A DNA stretch of 64,000 bases. Source: a virus. The translations under genes and the position numbers were made by a program. Numbering within the stretch: position 1 is the first letter of the stretch; every line of letters starts with the position of its first letter. The notes under the pieces are model-generated. The model worked only from the letters and a program-made list of their open reading frames with translations, made no database searches and was not told the origin of the DNA. Of the stretch, positions 19,332-28,069 are shown piece after piece. The stretch lies in the IMG/VR virus record IMGVR_UViG_3300016725_000004. One strand, written 5' to 3'.

Positions 19332-19840
19332 GGTTTCGTCATGATCTTATCAGTTAATGCTTTAAAAAATTCAGGATCTGTATCCAAATGTTCTTTCAAT
19401 GTACCAACTGTATTAGTCAATATACTTTTTAATTCATCTGAAAAGCCAAATCTCTTTTGACAAAAATCAATTGATTTATAAATATTACCATCTTCCATAC
19501 GAGAGCAACTTGCAAGCCAATCGCAAAACATTTCTATTACATCAAATAGATCCATTCCTGAAATACCATTTTCATAATGTTCAGGATGATGACTATTTGC
19601 AGCATAATGGTGGTCGAGTGCTACTTTAAGTTCTTTCAAACATGCATTATATTCATCTGTACCAAATTTCATTTCTTTAAGTTTCGGAGTATAAATATCA
19701 AATAAACTTTTTTCAGGTTCTTCTAACTTGGAAGCATCATGATTTTTAACTTGAGTTAATACAATAGTAGTACAAGCTTTAACTAATTGTTTAACTTGAA
19801 ACATATGTTTTCGTGTATCATCCGTACAATCATATGCCAT
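19328..19840 (-). CDS. hypothetical protein with His-rich motif (170 aa)
   Basis: start at MAYDCTDD with RBS AAAAGGAGAA; motif DHHYAANSHHPEHYENG. Confidence 0.45.
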   Translation of the reverse strand: MAYDCTDDTRKHMFQVKQLVKACTTIVLTQVKNHDASKLEEPEKSLFDIYTPKLKEMKFGTDEYNACLKELKVALDHHYAANSHHPEHYENGISGMDLFDVIEMFCDWLASCSRMEDGNIYKSIDFCQKRFGFSDELKSILTNTVGTLKEHLDTDPEFFKALTDKIMTKP

Positions 19841-20180
19841 TTGTATTCTCCTTTTCTTTTTCTGACTTATATTTAATAAATGCTTCTTTAACCTCAGTGA
19901 AATATTCAAGATAATCTTTATAAAATATACTCCACAAAAATATTGTAAAAAGTAGAAGTATAAAAGAAGAAAAATATGAAATATATATTGGTCCATATAT
20001 TTCATATTTTAATAATATATCTTTAGTATAATAAATTACGATAACAGGAAATTGAAAAGGAAAAATAGAACAAAGTCCGAGTATGGAAAAGAAAAATAAA
20101 ATACAAATTTTGCAAAGTAAATCGTTTCTATAATCATTTAATTTATTCATACAACGATTCCAAATTAGAATTCCAACCAT
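19830..20180 (-). CDS. small membrane protein (116 aa)
   Basis: hydrophobic ORF. Confidence 0.4.
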   Translation of the reverse strand: MVGILIWNRCMNKLNDYRNDLLCKICILFFFSILGLCSIFPFQFPVIVIYYTKDILLKYEIYGPIYISYFSSFILLLFTIFLWSIFYKDYLEYFTEVKEAFIKYKSEKEKENTNGI

Positions 20181-20538
20181 AAAATATGCTTCCTATATAA
20201 AGTACAAGAAGTATAACACTTATGTATGCAGTATAATATGAAAAGATACGGGTTTTTGATAAGGGTCTACAAAAATAATATTTAAAATAAAAGTATGATT
20301 TTTCATTTATTAATTTTACTAAACCCGGAAAGAATCGTGCTAAAAGAAAGTTAATATCTTTCTTTAATAAATTATAACAAAATTCTATAAGACTAATTGA
20401 TATTAAATAAATTATTGCTCCAACCATAGATTGGTAATAACAAATAAACAAATAAAATACTAGAACACATAAAGTCTGTTCTAGTATAAATAACAATCTT
20501 CTATATTTTATATAGCATATTTCGTCTTTGGATACCAA
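20143..20538 (-). CDS. small membrane protein (TTG start)
   Basis: hydrophobic ORF preceded by GGAGG RBS and promoter. Confidence 0.4.
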   Translation of the reverse strand: MVSKDEICYIKYRRLLFILEQTLCVLVFYLFICYYQSMVGAIIYLISISLIEFCYNLLKKDINFLLARFFPGLVKLINEKSYFYFKYYFCRPLSKTRIFSYYTAYISVILLVLYIGSIFYGWNSNLESLYE

Positions 20539-20570
20539 AATTTACCTCCAAAGTATAAGTTATTAACTGT

Positions 20571-20599
20571 AATATAGCATAATAAATGCTAAAAGTCAA
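20571..20599 (-). promoter_or_regulatory. sigma70-like promoter (TTGACT-N17-TATATT)
   Basis: minus-strand -35 at 20594-20599, -10 at 20571-20576. Confidence 0.4.
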
Positions 20600-20610
20600 A
20601 TAACACGAAT

Positions 20611-20645
20611 AGCCCCCACATGGTAATTTTAACCATGTGGGGGCT
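20611..20645 (-). terminator. stem-loop, candidate intrinsic terminator after nrdD operon
   Basis: 13-bp perfect stem agcccccacatgg/ccatgtgggggct, 9-nt loop, T-rich tail on minus strand. Confidence 0.4.
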
Positions 20646-20658
20646 ATGTTTAGTACAC

Positions 20659-20796
20659 CTATTTGTGCTTTACGCGGTCGTGTTCCTCGGCGCGTTTGGC
20701 ATTGTTGAATCTGTCAGTCGTACCTACCAAGTAGCCTGTGATGCGGCGTGTGCGTTGAAAACGCAACCCAGCACCAACAATTTCATTTTCTGGCAT
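20659..20796 (-). CDS. NrdD glycyl-radical domain peptide (45 aa, stand-alone)
   Basis: MPENEIVGAGLRFQRTRRITGYLVGTTDRFNNAKRAEEHDRVKHK. Matches class III RNR C-terminal radical motif (T4 NrdD: RRVCGYLGSPDARPFNAGKQEEVKRRVKH); AGGAGG RBS 7 nt upstream; GC-rich codons. Confidence 0.6.
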   Translation of the reverse strand: MPENEIVGAGLRFQRTRRITGYLVGTTDRFNNAKRAEEHDRVKHK

Positions 20797-20834
20797 AATT
20801 CCTCCTGAATGTTTTCGGTGTATATTTAAACTGG

Positions 20835-21347
20835 TTACATTTTTTTAGTAGTATTAGGAAGAACTATTTGGTGAGAAGTATCAGTATCATCTTCATATAT
20901 CAAAACTGAATCATTATCTGAAAGTTCTGAAATATGATCTTTAGTTAAATTAAGTTTTATACAGCAATTCTTACCTACTAGTGATTTTAAATACTCTGAA
21001 ATATTAATATCAGGAATATCTTGAATTAATATCTTATAAGGTATAGTTTTAAACAAATTAGAAATAGGATAAGACTGATTACTTAAATAAGTAATATAGC
21101 GTTTAACCAACGCGGATTCTTCTAAATCAGTAGGATTTTCAATAAAATTACCTAATAAATATCCAACTGGTATAGATTGAGTAGAACCAATAGTTAAGCT
21201 TAGTCCATCAGAAATAGTTGCTAAAAAATAATTAGAATAATCTATAGAAGGTGGAAGTTTAATTCTTTTAAGACTAGAGTCAGCTAATTGCAATGCACCA
21301 TCAAAATCAATATCTTCAAAACCGAAAGCAAATATTAGAAATCTCAT
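20835..21347 (-). CDS. paralogous family C protein (170 aa)
   Basis: MRFLIFAFGFEDIDFDGALQL... similar to adjacent MKFAILTFGFNFISFEAAFLL... Confidence 0.5.
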   Translation of the reverse strand: MRFLIFAFGFEDIDFDGALQLADSSLKRIKLPPSIDYSNYFLATISDGLSLTIGSTQSIPVGYLLGNFIENPTDLEESALVKRYITYLSNQSYPISNLFKTIPYKILIQDIPDINISEYLKSLVGKNCCIKLNLTKDHISELSDNDSVLIYEDDTDTSHQIVLPNTTKKM

Positions 21348-21811
21348 TGAGCATTATTCTCTTGAAGTTTCTGTTGCAATTCATCCGAAACTTTTAAACT
21401 AGCTATGATTGAATCTTCATTTTCACGCAATTTATAAATATATTCATCTAGTTCTTCATCTGTATCTGGAATTTCACCAATATTTATAATGTAAGGTTTA
21501 GAATCGAGTGCAATACCTAAAATATAATCATCTTGTTTCAAAAAGGAAACAATCTTTTGCTTTATTACTTCATCAGAATCATCTTCTCCAAAATTAACTT
21601 TGTTACCTTTTATATGACCACTAGGAATACCATCAAATAATGTATCCAAACCTTGTTGAAAATTATATTGAATATACTGCATAAGGGAAGTTTCTTCTTG
21701 TTCATGTTCATCAACTATTTCATCATAGGGCGGCATAATATTTACGCCAAGCAAAAATGCAGCTTCAAAAGATATAAAGTTGAAACCAAATGTCAGGATT
21801 GCAAATTTCAT
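21344..21811 (-). CDS. paralogous family C protein (155 aa)
   Basis: N-terminus similar to 20835-21347 product; acidic. Confidence 0.5.
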   Translation of the reverse strand: MKFAILTFGFNFISFEAAFLLGVNIMPPYDEIVDEHEQEETSLMQYIQYNFQQGLDTLFDGIPSGHIKGNKVNFGEDDSDEVIKQKIVSFLKQDDYILGIALDSKPYIINIGEIPDTDEELDEYIYKLRENEDSIIASLKVSDELQQKLQENNAQ

Positions 21812-21870
21812 GATATTTCCCCTCTTTGTTTGGGAGGAGGATTTTACCTCCTCCCATAAGTTATATGTTC

Positions 21871-22374
21871 TTATTCCGTTGTATTATCAGAATCATCATA
21901 GGAACCGATAAAATCGGGCATCCTATCTGATTCATCATTGATACAAGTAGTATCAAAAGGTTTCATCCAAAAAGATAATTCACCTTTTTCTTCAGCTTCT
22001 TTATATTTAGCGATACATAATTCTTCAGCACGTTCTAAAGCCATGCGTAAAGTTTGAATTTCTTTAATACTACGAAGAGTAAAACTGCAAGTAGTTTCAT
22101 CTCCAAAGTGATTAGTACAACTACTAAGAGTTATACCACCAAATTGAGCGCATTCTAATTTACCATAAATACAATCAATTCCATGAAAACCATTACTTCT
22201 AGCAGGCACAATAGAAATTTTAAATCTATCTTTTTCAACTTTGGTAGATATTAAATCTTTAACTCTATCAACAAAACAGTCACCATTAGGTGTAGTAACA
22301 GTTAATGCATGGCGTACATATTCTTTTTGTTCTTCTGTCATAGGAATAAAGTACATATTATGTATATGTTGCAT
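21871..22374 (-). CDS. hypothetical protein (167 aa)
   Basis: minus-strand ORF immediately downstream of nrdD. Confidence 0.5.
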   Translation of the reverse strand: MQHIHNMYFIPMTEEQKEYVRHALTVTTPNGDCFVDRVKDLISTKVEKDRFKISIVPARSNGFHGIDCIYGKLECAQFGGITLSSCTNHFGDETTCSFTLRSIKEIQTLRMALERAEELCIAKYKEAEEKGELSFWMKPFDTTCINDESDRMPDFIGSYDDSDNTTE

Positions 22375-22382
22375 TTTTCCTC

Positions 22383-24791
22383 CTAGATATTAAATTTATT
22401 ATTTACTTTATCAAATTCTTCAGCAATTTCATCATTTACACGATATTCTTTATTACAAGATAATGCCAAAGCAAGTTGAGCTTTGGTTATTCCTTCACCA
22501 TCTTTACGGCCACATCTTGGGCAAGAATCACCAATTACGCCAACATATCCACATAATGGATCCCTGTCTACTGGATGATTAATTGATCCATACCCAATAC
22601 CTGCATGTTTCATATATTGAATAATTTGTTCAAATGCTTCTGGATTCTCTGCTACGTCACCAGTTACTTCAACATATGAAATATGTCCACCATTTTCATA
22701 TGCATGATAGGGAGCTTCAATATCAATCTTATCAGTAATTGAAATATCATAATATACAGGAACATGATTACTATTTGTATAATAAGCCCTATCAGTTATA
22801 CCGGGAATAACACCAAACTTCTTTTTATCAATATCAACAAATCTACCAGAAAGACCTTCAGCAGGTGTACCAATCAAAGAAAAATTCAACTGTGTTTTCT
22901 GTGTTTGTTCATCACAGCGGTCACGTAGATGCTTTACAATTTTAAGACCTAATTCCTGTGCTTCCGCACTTTCACCATGATGTTTACCAATAAGAGCAAC
23001 TAAAGTTTCAGCTAATCCAATAAATCCAACAGTTAATGTACCATGCTTAATTATTTCTCTAACTTCATCTTCAGGCCCAAGCTTTTCACTGCCAATATAG
23101 ATATGTTGTCCCATAAGGAATGGCATATTTTTACATTTACGTTTAGCCTGTACTTCAAATCTATCCATAAGTTGAATAAAAACTAAATCCAACAATTTGT
23201 CAAGGGATTCAAAGAACTGGTCAATATTATGATTTGCAAGAATACCCAATCTAGGAAGGTTAATACTTGTAAAACTTAAATTACCTCTACCAGTAAAAAC
23301 TTCATAATCTTTATTCACATTACCAACAACACGAGTACGGCATCCCATCGTAGCGGATTCTGTTTCAGGATGACCCGGTACATAATATTGTTTATTAAAC
23401 GGTGCATCCAGAAAAGTAAAGTTAGGAAATAATCTACGACCGCTCACTTTACATGCAAGCTGAAATAGATCATAATTTATATCACCGGGAGTACCATTGA
23501 TTCCGTCCATAACTTTAAAAATATGGATTGGGAAAATAGCAGTTTCCCCATGTCCTAAACCAGCATCAAGAGCATAAAGTAAATTGCTAATAAGCATACG
23601 ACCTTCGGGAGTAGTACAAGTGCCGTAGTTTACACTACTAAATGGAACCTGACTTCCTGCGCGAGAATTTAATGTATTCATATTATGAACAAAAGATTCC
23701 ATAGCTTGATATGTTGATTTATTAGTACGTTTATGAGCAAGTTTGAATACCTTGCGTAAACTATATGCCATATCAAATTCTGTATCATGCACAACATATT
23801 TTTTAATATCACCACTTTTAGCTTGTTCTATATTTGGCATGGAACTTATATGGTCATAACAATCAACTAAACATTCTTCAGTTAATACTGAACCAGTATA
23901 TACTTTAAAAAAGTGCTTAATTTCTTTATAAAGGGGGAAATCTGCAATATCTTCATCTTCAACATAATAGAATGTTTCAATAATATCAAGAACATGTTTT
24001 GCAAAGGTCTTACTAATATATGGAGCTAAATCATAATCAAATTTTGCAATACTCTGACCACCAAACATATCATTCTGACTTGATTGAATAGCAATTGCTG
24101 CAAGAGCAGCAGCAGTTTGAATTGCAGAAGGTTCACGCAAATGTCCAAATCCAGTATTAAAACCATTTTCAAAAAGTTTTCCCAAATCAATTTGAACACA
24201 ATTCAAGCACAGAGGATAAAAATCTAAATCATGAATATGAATACTACCATCAAGATGAGCTTTACTTATTTCAGGACGAAGAAGCATTAAATGTGTAAAC
24301 CGCTTACTTGCTTCTGAACCATAGCGAAGCATAATACCCATACTACCATCACCATTAATATTTGCATTCTCACGCTTTAAATCATTATCTGCTGCATCAC
24401 GCAAAGTTAAATCAGCAATAGTAGTTATCAAATATGAATTTGTTTCTCTTGCTCTATCTCTAGTATAACGATAAGAAATATATTCCTGAGCTAATTCATT
24501 ATAACCAAAATCCATTAACATAAATTCTACTTCATGCTGAATAACATTAATAGTAATTGTAGATTCATTATAGCTGTTAAGCTTTTGTACAACCTGATCG
24601 GTAACACGCATTAAATCTTCATCAGCAATCAATTCAAAATTTTCATTTTTAGATTTTACTGCATCTTGAGCCAAACGAATAGCATGATAAATACGGTTAG
24701 CATCGAACTCTACAGTTTGATTGTCCCGTTTAATTACATTTGTGACCATATGGGTTCCTCCGATTTTTGGGTCAAAAAATAGCTGGTACAT
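22383..24791 (-). CDS. nrdD: anaerobic ribonucleoside-triphosphate reductase (class III RNR) lacking the glycyl-radical tail
   Basis: N-terminal ATP-cone (VIKRDNQTVEFDANRIYHAIRLA), long class III RNR body, C-terminal Cys cluster CGYVGVIGDSCPRCG; no R..GY radical motif at its end. Confidence 0.8.
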   Translation of the reverse strand: MYQLFFDPKIGGTHMVTNVIKRDNQTVEFDANRIYHAIRLAQDAVKSKNENFELIADEDLMRVTDQVVQKLNSYNESTITINVIQHEVEFMLMDFGYNELAQEYISYRYTRDRARETNSYLITTIADLTLRDAADNDLKRENANINGDGSMGIMLRYGSEASKRFTHLMLLRPEISKAHLDGSIHIHDLDFYPLCLNCVQIDLGKLFENGFNTGFGHLREPSAIQTAAALAAIAIQSSQNDMFGGQSIAKFDYDLAPYISKTFAKHVLDIIETFYYVEDEDIADFPLYKEIKHFFKVYTGSVLTEECLVDCYDHISSMPNIEQAKSGDIKKYVVHDTEFDMAYSLRKVFKLAHKRTNKSTYQAMESFVHNMNTLNSRAGSQVPFSSVNYGTCTTPEGRMLISNLLYALDAGLGHGETAIFPIHIFKVMDGINGTPGDINYDLFQLACKVSGRRLFPNFTFLDAPFNKQYYVPGHPETESATMGCRTRVVGNVNKDYEVFTGRGNLSFTSINLPRLGILANHNIDQFFESLDKLLDLVFIQLMDRFEVQAKRKCKNMPFLMGQHIYIGSEKLGPEDEVREIIKHGTLTVGFIGLAETLVALIGKHHGESAEAQELGLKIVKHLRDRCDEQTQKTQLNFSLIGTPAEGLSGRFVDIDKKKFGVIPGITDRAYYTNSNHVPVYYDISITDKIDIEAPYHAYENGGHISYVEVTGDVAENPEAFEQIIQYMKHAGIGYGSINHPVDRDPLCGYVGVIGDSCPRCGRKDGEGITKAQLALALSCNKEYRVNDEIAEEFDKVNNKFNI

Positions 24792-24830
24792 TTGATTGTA
24801 CCAGCTATTTTTTTATAAGTCGAGTAATAT

Positions 24831-26135
24831 TTACACTAAAACCTTTGAGTGCAAAATCTTTGTCATCACAGGATAAGGTTCATTAGAACTATCTCTGTCC
24901 CAATTTACTTTAACCTTTTTCCCAACAATGTTGAACACATTCAAATCCAACCAATCTTTAAAAACTGAGAATTGTTTAATATAAATTGTTCTACCAAACA
25001 TATCTTTACATACAATGTGGTCGATAATATATCGGCGCAGTTTAGTTGGCGTAACCTCTTGTCGAAGTTTATAATCCTCAACAATCATGGTTTCGTTTTT
25101 ACTAAACTGCTTTACTGTTTTATAAATTTTATCAGAGAAAAGTTTATTCTTTCGGATAATACAACTACCATATCTATCATTCATACGTTTAATAAACGAA
25201 TCCACATGTTCCTTGGAATCAAGCTTTTTATATGGAACACAGTAAATACGTTTAATTCCATGTTTAGTACATTTGTCAACAAGATGATTAATTCGTTCCA
25301 ATCGTTTAAGAGTTTTAGCTTCATCACCTTTCTTATACATATCTAGTATGACGAGATTACATTTTTTCAATTTTTCATCAGAACAAAGAACTTGGTCAAG
25401 CTTAGACAAAGCCCATTTATCATCAGAATTTATAGGCTGAAGTATAAAATCAAGAATAACAGGTGTATTTTTGGGAAGGAACTTTGCAATCTTTTTAAGA
25501 ACTTTAAATTTATCTGTATACTCATGGTTATCACTACGAATAACCGTAATATCTCCGTGCATAATACGAGCTTTAAATCTAAAACCCGTAACATTCATTT
25601 GTCCAATAACAGGGTAAGATTTTGTTTCTATTTCTTCTACATAAGTAGCCTTATTAAACTTAATTTTAAAATTAACAAAATCTTCCCCAAACAAACAAAC
25701 CTTGAGCAATTTGTAACCAAAACCAAAACGACAATTAGTAAACAAATCAAGATAGAACTTTGCTTCCTCACAAGAAATTTGCACATTACGAAAAACACGC
25801 TTAATAAGATCCATAGATGGATTTTTTTCTATCAGATCAAGAATGGAATTAAATCTTGATTCAATTTGTTTATCAAAATTAAAAGAAATATTGTCGCTAA
25901 CTTCAAACCAACTAATAGGATGCAAATCATTTTTAAAGTCAGTTGAAAAAAAGTATTTAGTGTTAACCGTATTACACGTTGGAATAGTATTATTCCAGAT
26001 AAGTGAAAATAACAATTTTAACTGTTCATTCTTCTTATTTTTTTTCAAAATAGATTTACACTCTGCAATTGAAATCAATCTATATTGCATTTTTTGCATA
26101 AAACTTATAATATCTGCGGCAGAATTAAAGGTCAT
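24831..26135 (-). CDS. hypothetical protein (434 aa); weak ligase-like motifs, unverified
   Basis: VILDFILQP and GSCIIRK resemble ligase motifs III/IV but no KxDG motif I found. Confidence 0.4.
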   Translation of the reverse strand: MTFNSAADIISFMQKMQYRLISIAECKSILKKNKKNEQLKLLFSLIWNNTIPTCNTVNTKYFFSTDFKNDLHPISWFEVSDNISFNFDKQIESRFNSILDLIEKNPSMDLIKRVFRNVQISCEEAKFYLDLFTNCRFGFGYKLLKVCLFGEDFVNFKIKFNKATYVEEIETKSYPVIGQMNVTGFRFKARIMHGDITVIRSDNHEYTDKFKVLKKIAKFLPKNTPVILDFILQPINSDDKWALSKLDQVLCSDEKLKKCNLVILDMYKKGDEAKTLKRLERINHLVDKCTKHGIKRIYCVPYKKLDSKEHVDSFIKRMNDRYGSCIIRKNKLFSDKIYKTVKQFSKNETMIVEDYKLRQEVTPTKLRRYIIDHIVCKDMFGRTIYIKQFSVFKDWLDLNVFNIVGKKVKVNWDRDSSNEPYPVMTKILHSKVLV

Positions 26136-26164
26136 AATTTGCTCTCCCTTTTTCTACGTTATCT

Positions 26165-26211
26165 AAATATAAAAAATGGGTAGATAAAACATTACTGTAA
26201 TATCTACCCAT
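26165..26211 (-). terminator. intrinsic terminator of GC-rich two-gene insert
   Basis: 10-bp stem atgggtagat/atctacccat followed on minus strand by TTTTTTATATTT. Confidence 0.55.
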
Positions 26212-26233
26212 TATAAATGGCGGCGGCAGACTG

Positions 26234-26905
26234 CTAGGACTGCGTTTCGTACACAGTCTTGATAAGCAGATGCTTGCCAAACTTGAAGATTTGAGCCGTA
26301 GCCCACAGGCTCTTGAGGGCGCAAATGCGAGTGTACAGGGACTTGAAGATTTCAAGTTCCCGCTCACAGTTGTCAAGATTGCCCTTTTTAGGGCACAGCA
26401 GCTTGAAGGAATCGTTCAGGGCGTTAAAGGCTTCGAGGTAATCGGAGGTTTCTTCTTCGTCCAAACATTCAAAAGCCTCGTCTTCGTCCGGAACTTCACT
26501 GCCGGTAGATTCCGCTTCCTGCTGCACTTCAACGATACGCTGGGCGATTGCCTCGGTATTCAGCATGTAGCTGTTTACCAAGCCTTCGAGGGCTTGTATG
26601 CGGTCTTCATCGACCAGAAAAACTTCGCCAAAGTTTGCTTGCGTGGCGTCATCCTCTGATTCTTCATCAGAAGGATGCACGATAAGGATGACTTCCACAG
26701 AGGATGCAGTTGGCAAAATGTTGCCAGTATCCAGGGCGGCGCAGATAACGCCACGAATGGCATTCTGCATGGGGTCAGAGACGTCGAGTTCTTTCAACGT
26801 AAGCTGGTCAGAGTCATCGGAAGATTCGGCGTCATCTTCGGAACCATCAAGTTCCTGACCGTCAACTTCCTGACCTTCTTCCTCAATTTCACGTTCATTT
26901 TTCAT
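26234..26905 (-). CDS. highly acidic protein (223 aa) in GC-rich insert
   Basis: AAGGAG RBS; D/E-rich throughout (EEEGQEVDGQELDGSEDDAESSDDSD...); GC-rich codons. Confidence 0.55.
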   Translation of the reverse strand: MKNEREIEEEGQEVDGQELDGSEDDAESSDDSDQLTLKELDVSDPMQNAIRGVICAALDTGNILPTASSVEVILIVHPSDEESEDDATQANFGEVFLVDEDRIQALEGLVNSYMLNTEAIAQRIVEVQQEAESTGSEVPDEDEAFECLDEEETSDYLEAFNALNDSFKLLCPKKGNLDNCERELEIFKSLYTRICALKSLWATAQIFKFGKHLLIKTVYETQS

Positions 26906-26928
26906 GATGGCTCCTTGAGTTTCAAGTT

Positions 26929-26951
26929 GGAGGGGGCAGTTAACCCCCTCC
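26929..26951 (-). promoter_or_regulatory. GC hairpin between the two insert genes
   Basis: ggaggggg-cagttaa-ccccctcc; no U-run, so probably an RNA stability/processing element rather than a terminator. Confidence 0.3.
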
Positions 26952-26986
26952 TATATAGGTGGCGCGGAGGTGACTAGTGGTTGGGA

Positions 26987-27769
26987 TTAATCCCAATCGT
27001 CTTCGTCATCATCCTTGCTGCCCTTCTTGCCTTTGCCCTTGCCCTTGGCAGCCTTGCCGCCCTTGGCAGACTTGCCGCCCTTCTTGCCCTTCTTGGGCTT
27101 TTCTTCTTCGTCATCGTCATCATCGGCGTCCCCGTCATCGTCATCGTCCTCGGAGTCGCCGTCATCATCATCGTCATCGTCCCCGTCATCGTCATCGGAG
27201 TCGCCGTCATCGTCATCGCCGTCATCATCATCGGAGTCGCTGTCATCGTCATCGTCATCGGCGTCCTCGTCCTCGTCCTCGTCTTCGTCCTTCTTCTTCT
27301 TGGCGGCCTTGGCGGGCTTCTTCTTGGCCTTCTTGGAGCCACCGTCCTCGTCTGCGTCTTCGCCGCTCAGTACAGCAGCGTCTTCAGCGACCAGGAACAC
27401 AGCACCGTCTTCATTGGTGACGGCAACAAAGCCGGGCACAGGGCTTTCGGTCAGTTCGCCGGAGTCGTCAGTAATGCTGACAACGCGGGCCCGCGTGGTG
27501 ATAGTCACTTCGTTGCCCTCTTCGTAGCCACCTTCGGCGAAAACGGTGAGCAGGCCGTCATAGGGGAAAAGTTCCACGGTGGAAAGCTGCTTGCGCGGCT
27601 TGCGGTAGGAAATGAGAAGGCCGTTGTCGAGGATTTCCTTGATAGTGCCGGAAATGGTCTGGGGGACAGAAGCTTCGGCTTCAAGCGTATAGGTCTGCAC
27701 AGCAGCCTTCTTGGAAGCCTTCTTGTTGTCCTTCTTACCGCCCTTCTTGGAAGCTTTAACTTTAGCCAT
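26987..27769 (-). CDS. Lys-rich / poly-Asp low-complexity protein (260 aa)
   Basis: ATG at 27769 with AAGGAG RBS; KVKASKKGGKKDNKKASKK N-terminus, globular core, KKAKKKPAKAAKKKK, then about 70-residue Asp tract and KGKGKGKK tail. Confidence 0.55.
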   Translation of the reverse strand: MAKVKASKKGGKKDNKKASKKAAVQTYTLEAEASVPQTISGTIKEILDNGLLISYRKPRKQLSTVELFPYDGLLTVFAEGGYEEGNEVTITTRARVVSITDDSGELTESPVPGFVAVTNEDGAVFLVAEDAAVLSGEDADEDGGSKKAKKKPAKAAKKKKDEDEDEDEDADDDDDDSDSDDDDGDDDDGDSDDDDGDDDDDDDGDSEDDDDDGDADDDDDEEEKPKKGKKGGKSAKGGKAAKGKGKGKKGSKDDDEDDWD

Positions 27770-27904
27770 GATGGAACTCCTTTTCGCCGTATTGGCGTAA
27801 TATGTTGTTTGAGAGCAAAAACATCTTTGGCTCTCGTTCAAGTTCCAACTAATAAGTTGGACATTGTGGTGAACCAATGACAAGTAAATTTAAACTGTGT
27901 TTGC

Positions 27905-27933
27905 ATTATATGCTAAACCAAGTTAAATGTCAA
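27905..27933 (-). promoter_or_regulatory. consensus sigma70 promoter (TTGACA-N17-TATAAT) driving GC-rich insert
   Basis: minus-strand -35 at 27928-27933, -10 at 27905-27910. Confidence 0.55.
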
Positions 27934-28069
27934 GAACTTTTTTCCCGAATTTTTAACTTTTTTGGAACTCCCACGTTTTCAATTGTGGCGGGCGGGCACA
28001 CAAATTTGAAAGTTTCCTCGGTATTTGCTTGCGCAAAGTGGTAAACTTACAACCTGCGTTCCAAAAAAG

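Noticed and set aside
19328-19840. Calling the His-rich 170-aa protein a MazG/MazZ-like pyrophosphatase or HD enzyme
   Set aside because: The motif DHHYAANSHHPEHY does not match the EExxE / HD signatures convincingly, so it is left as hypothetical.
20620-20808. Plus-strand 62-aa ORF over the GC-rich island
   Set aside because: The opposite strand encodes a peptide with an exact NrdD glycyl-radical motif and a consensus RBS. The plus-strand product is hydrophobic and opens inside the hairpin.
26270-27880. Long plus-strand ORFs (26270-26659, 26598-26858, 26675-26977, 26977-27420, 26981-27880, 27015-27527) with poly-Ser/Pro/His/Arg translations
   Set aside because: These are alternative-frame or antisense readings of the GC-rich repeat-encoding minus-strand genes. 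The minus-strand genes have RBS, promoter and terminator. The plus-strand products are pure low-complexity.
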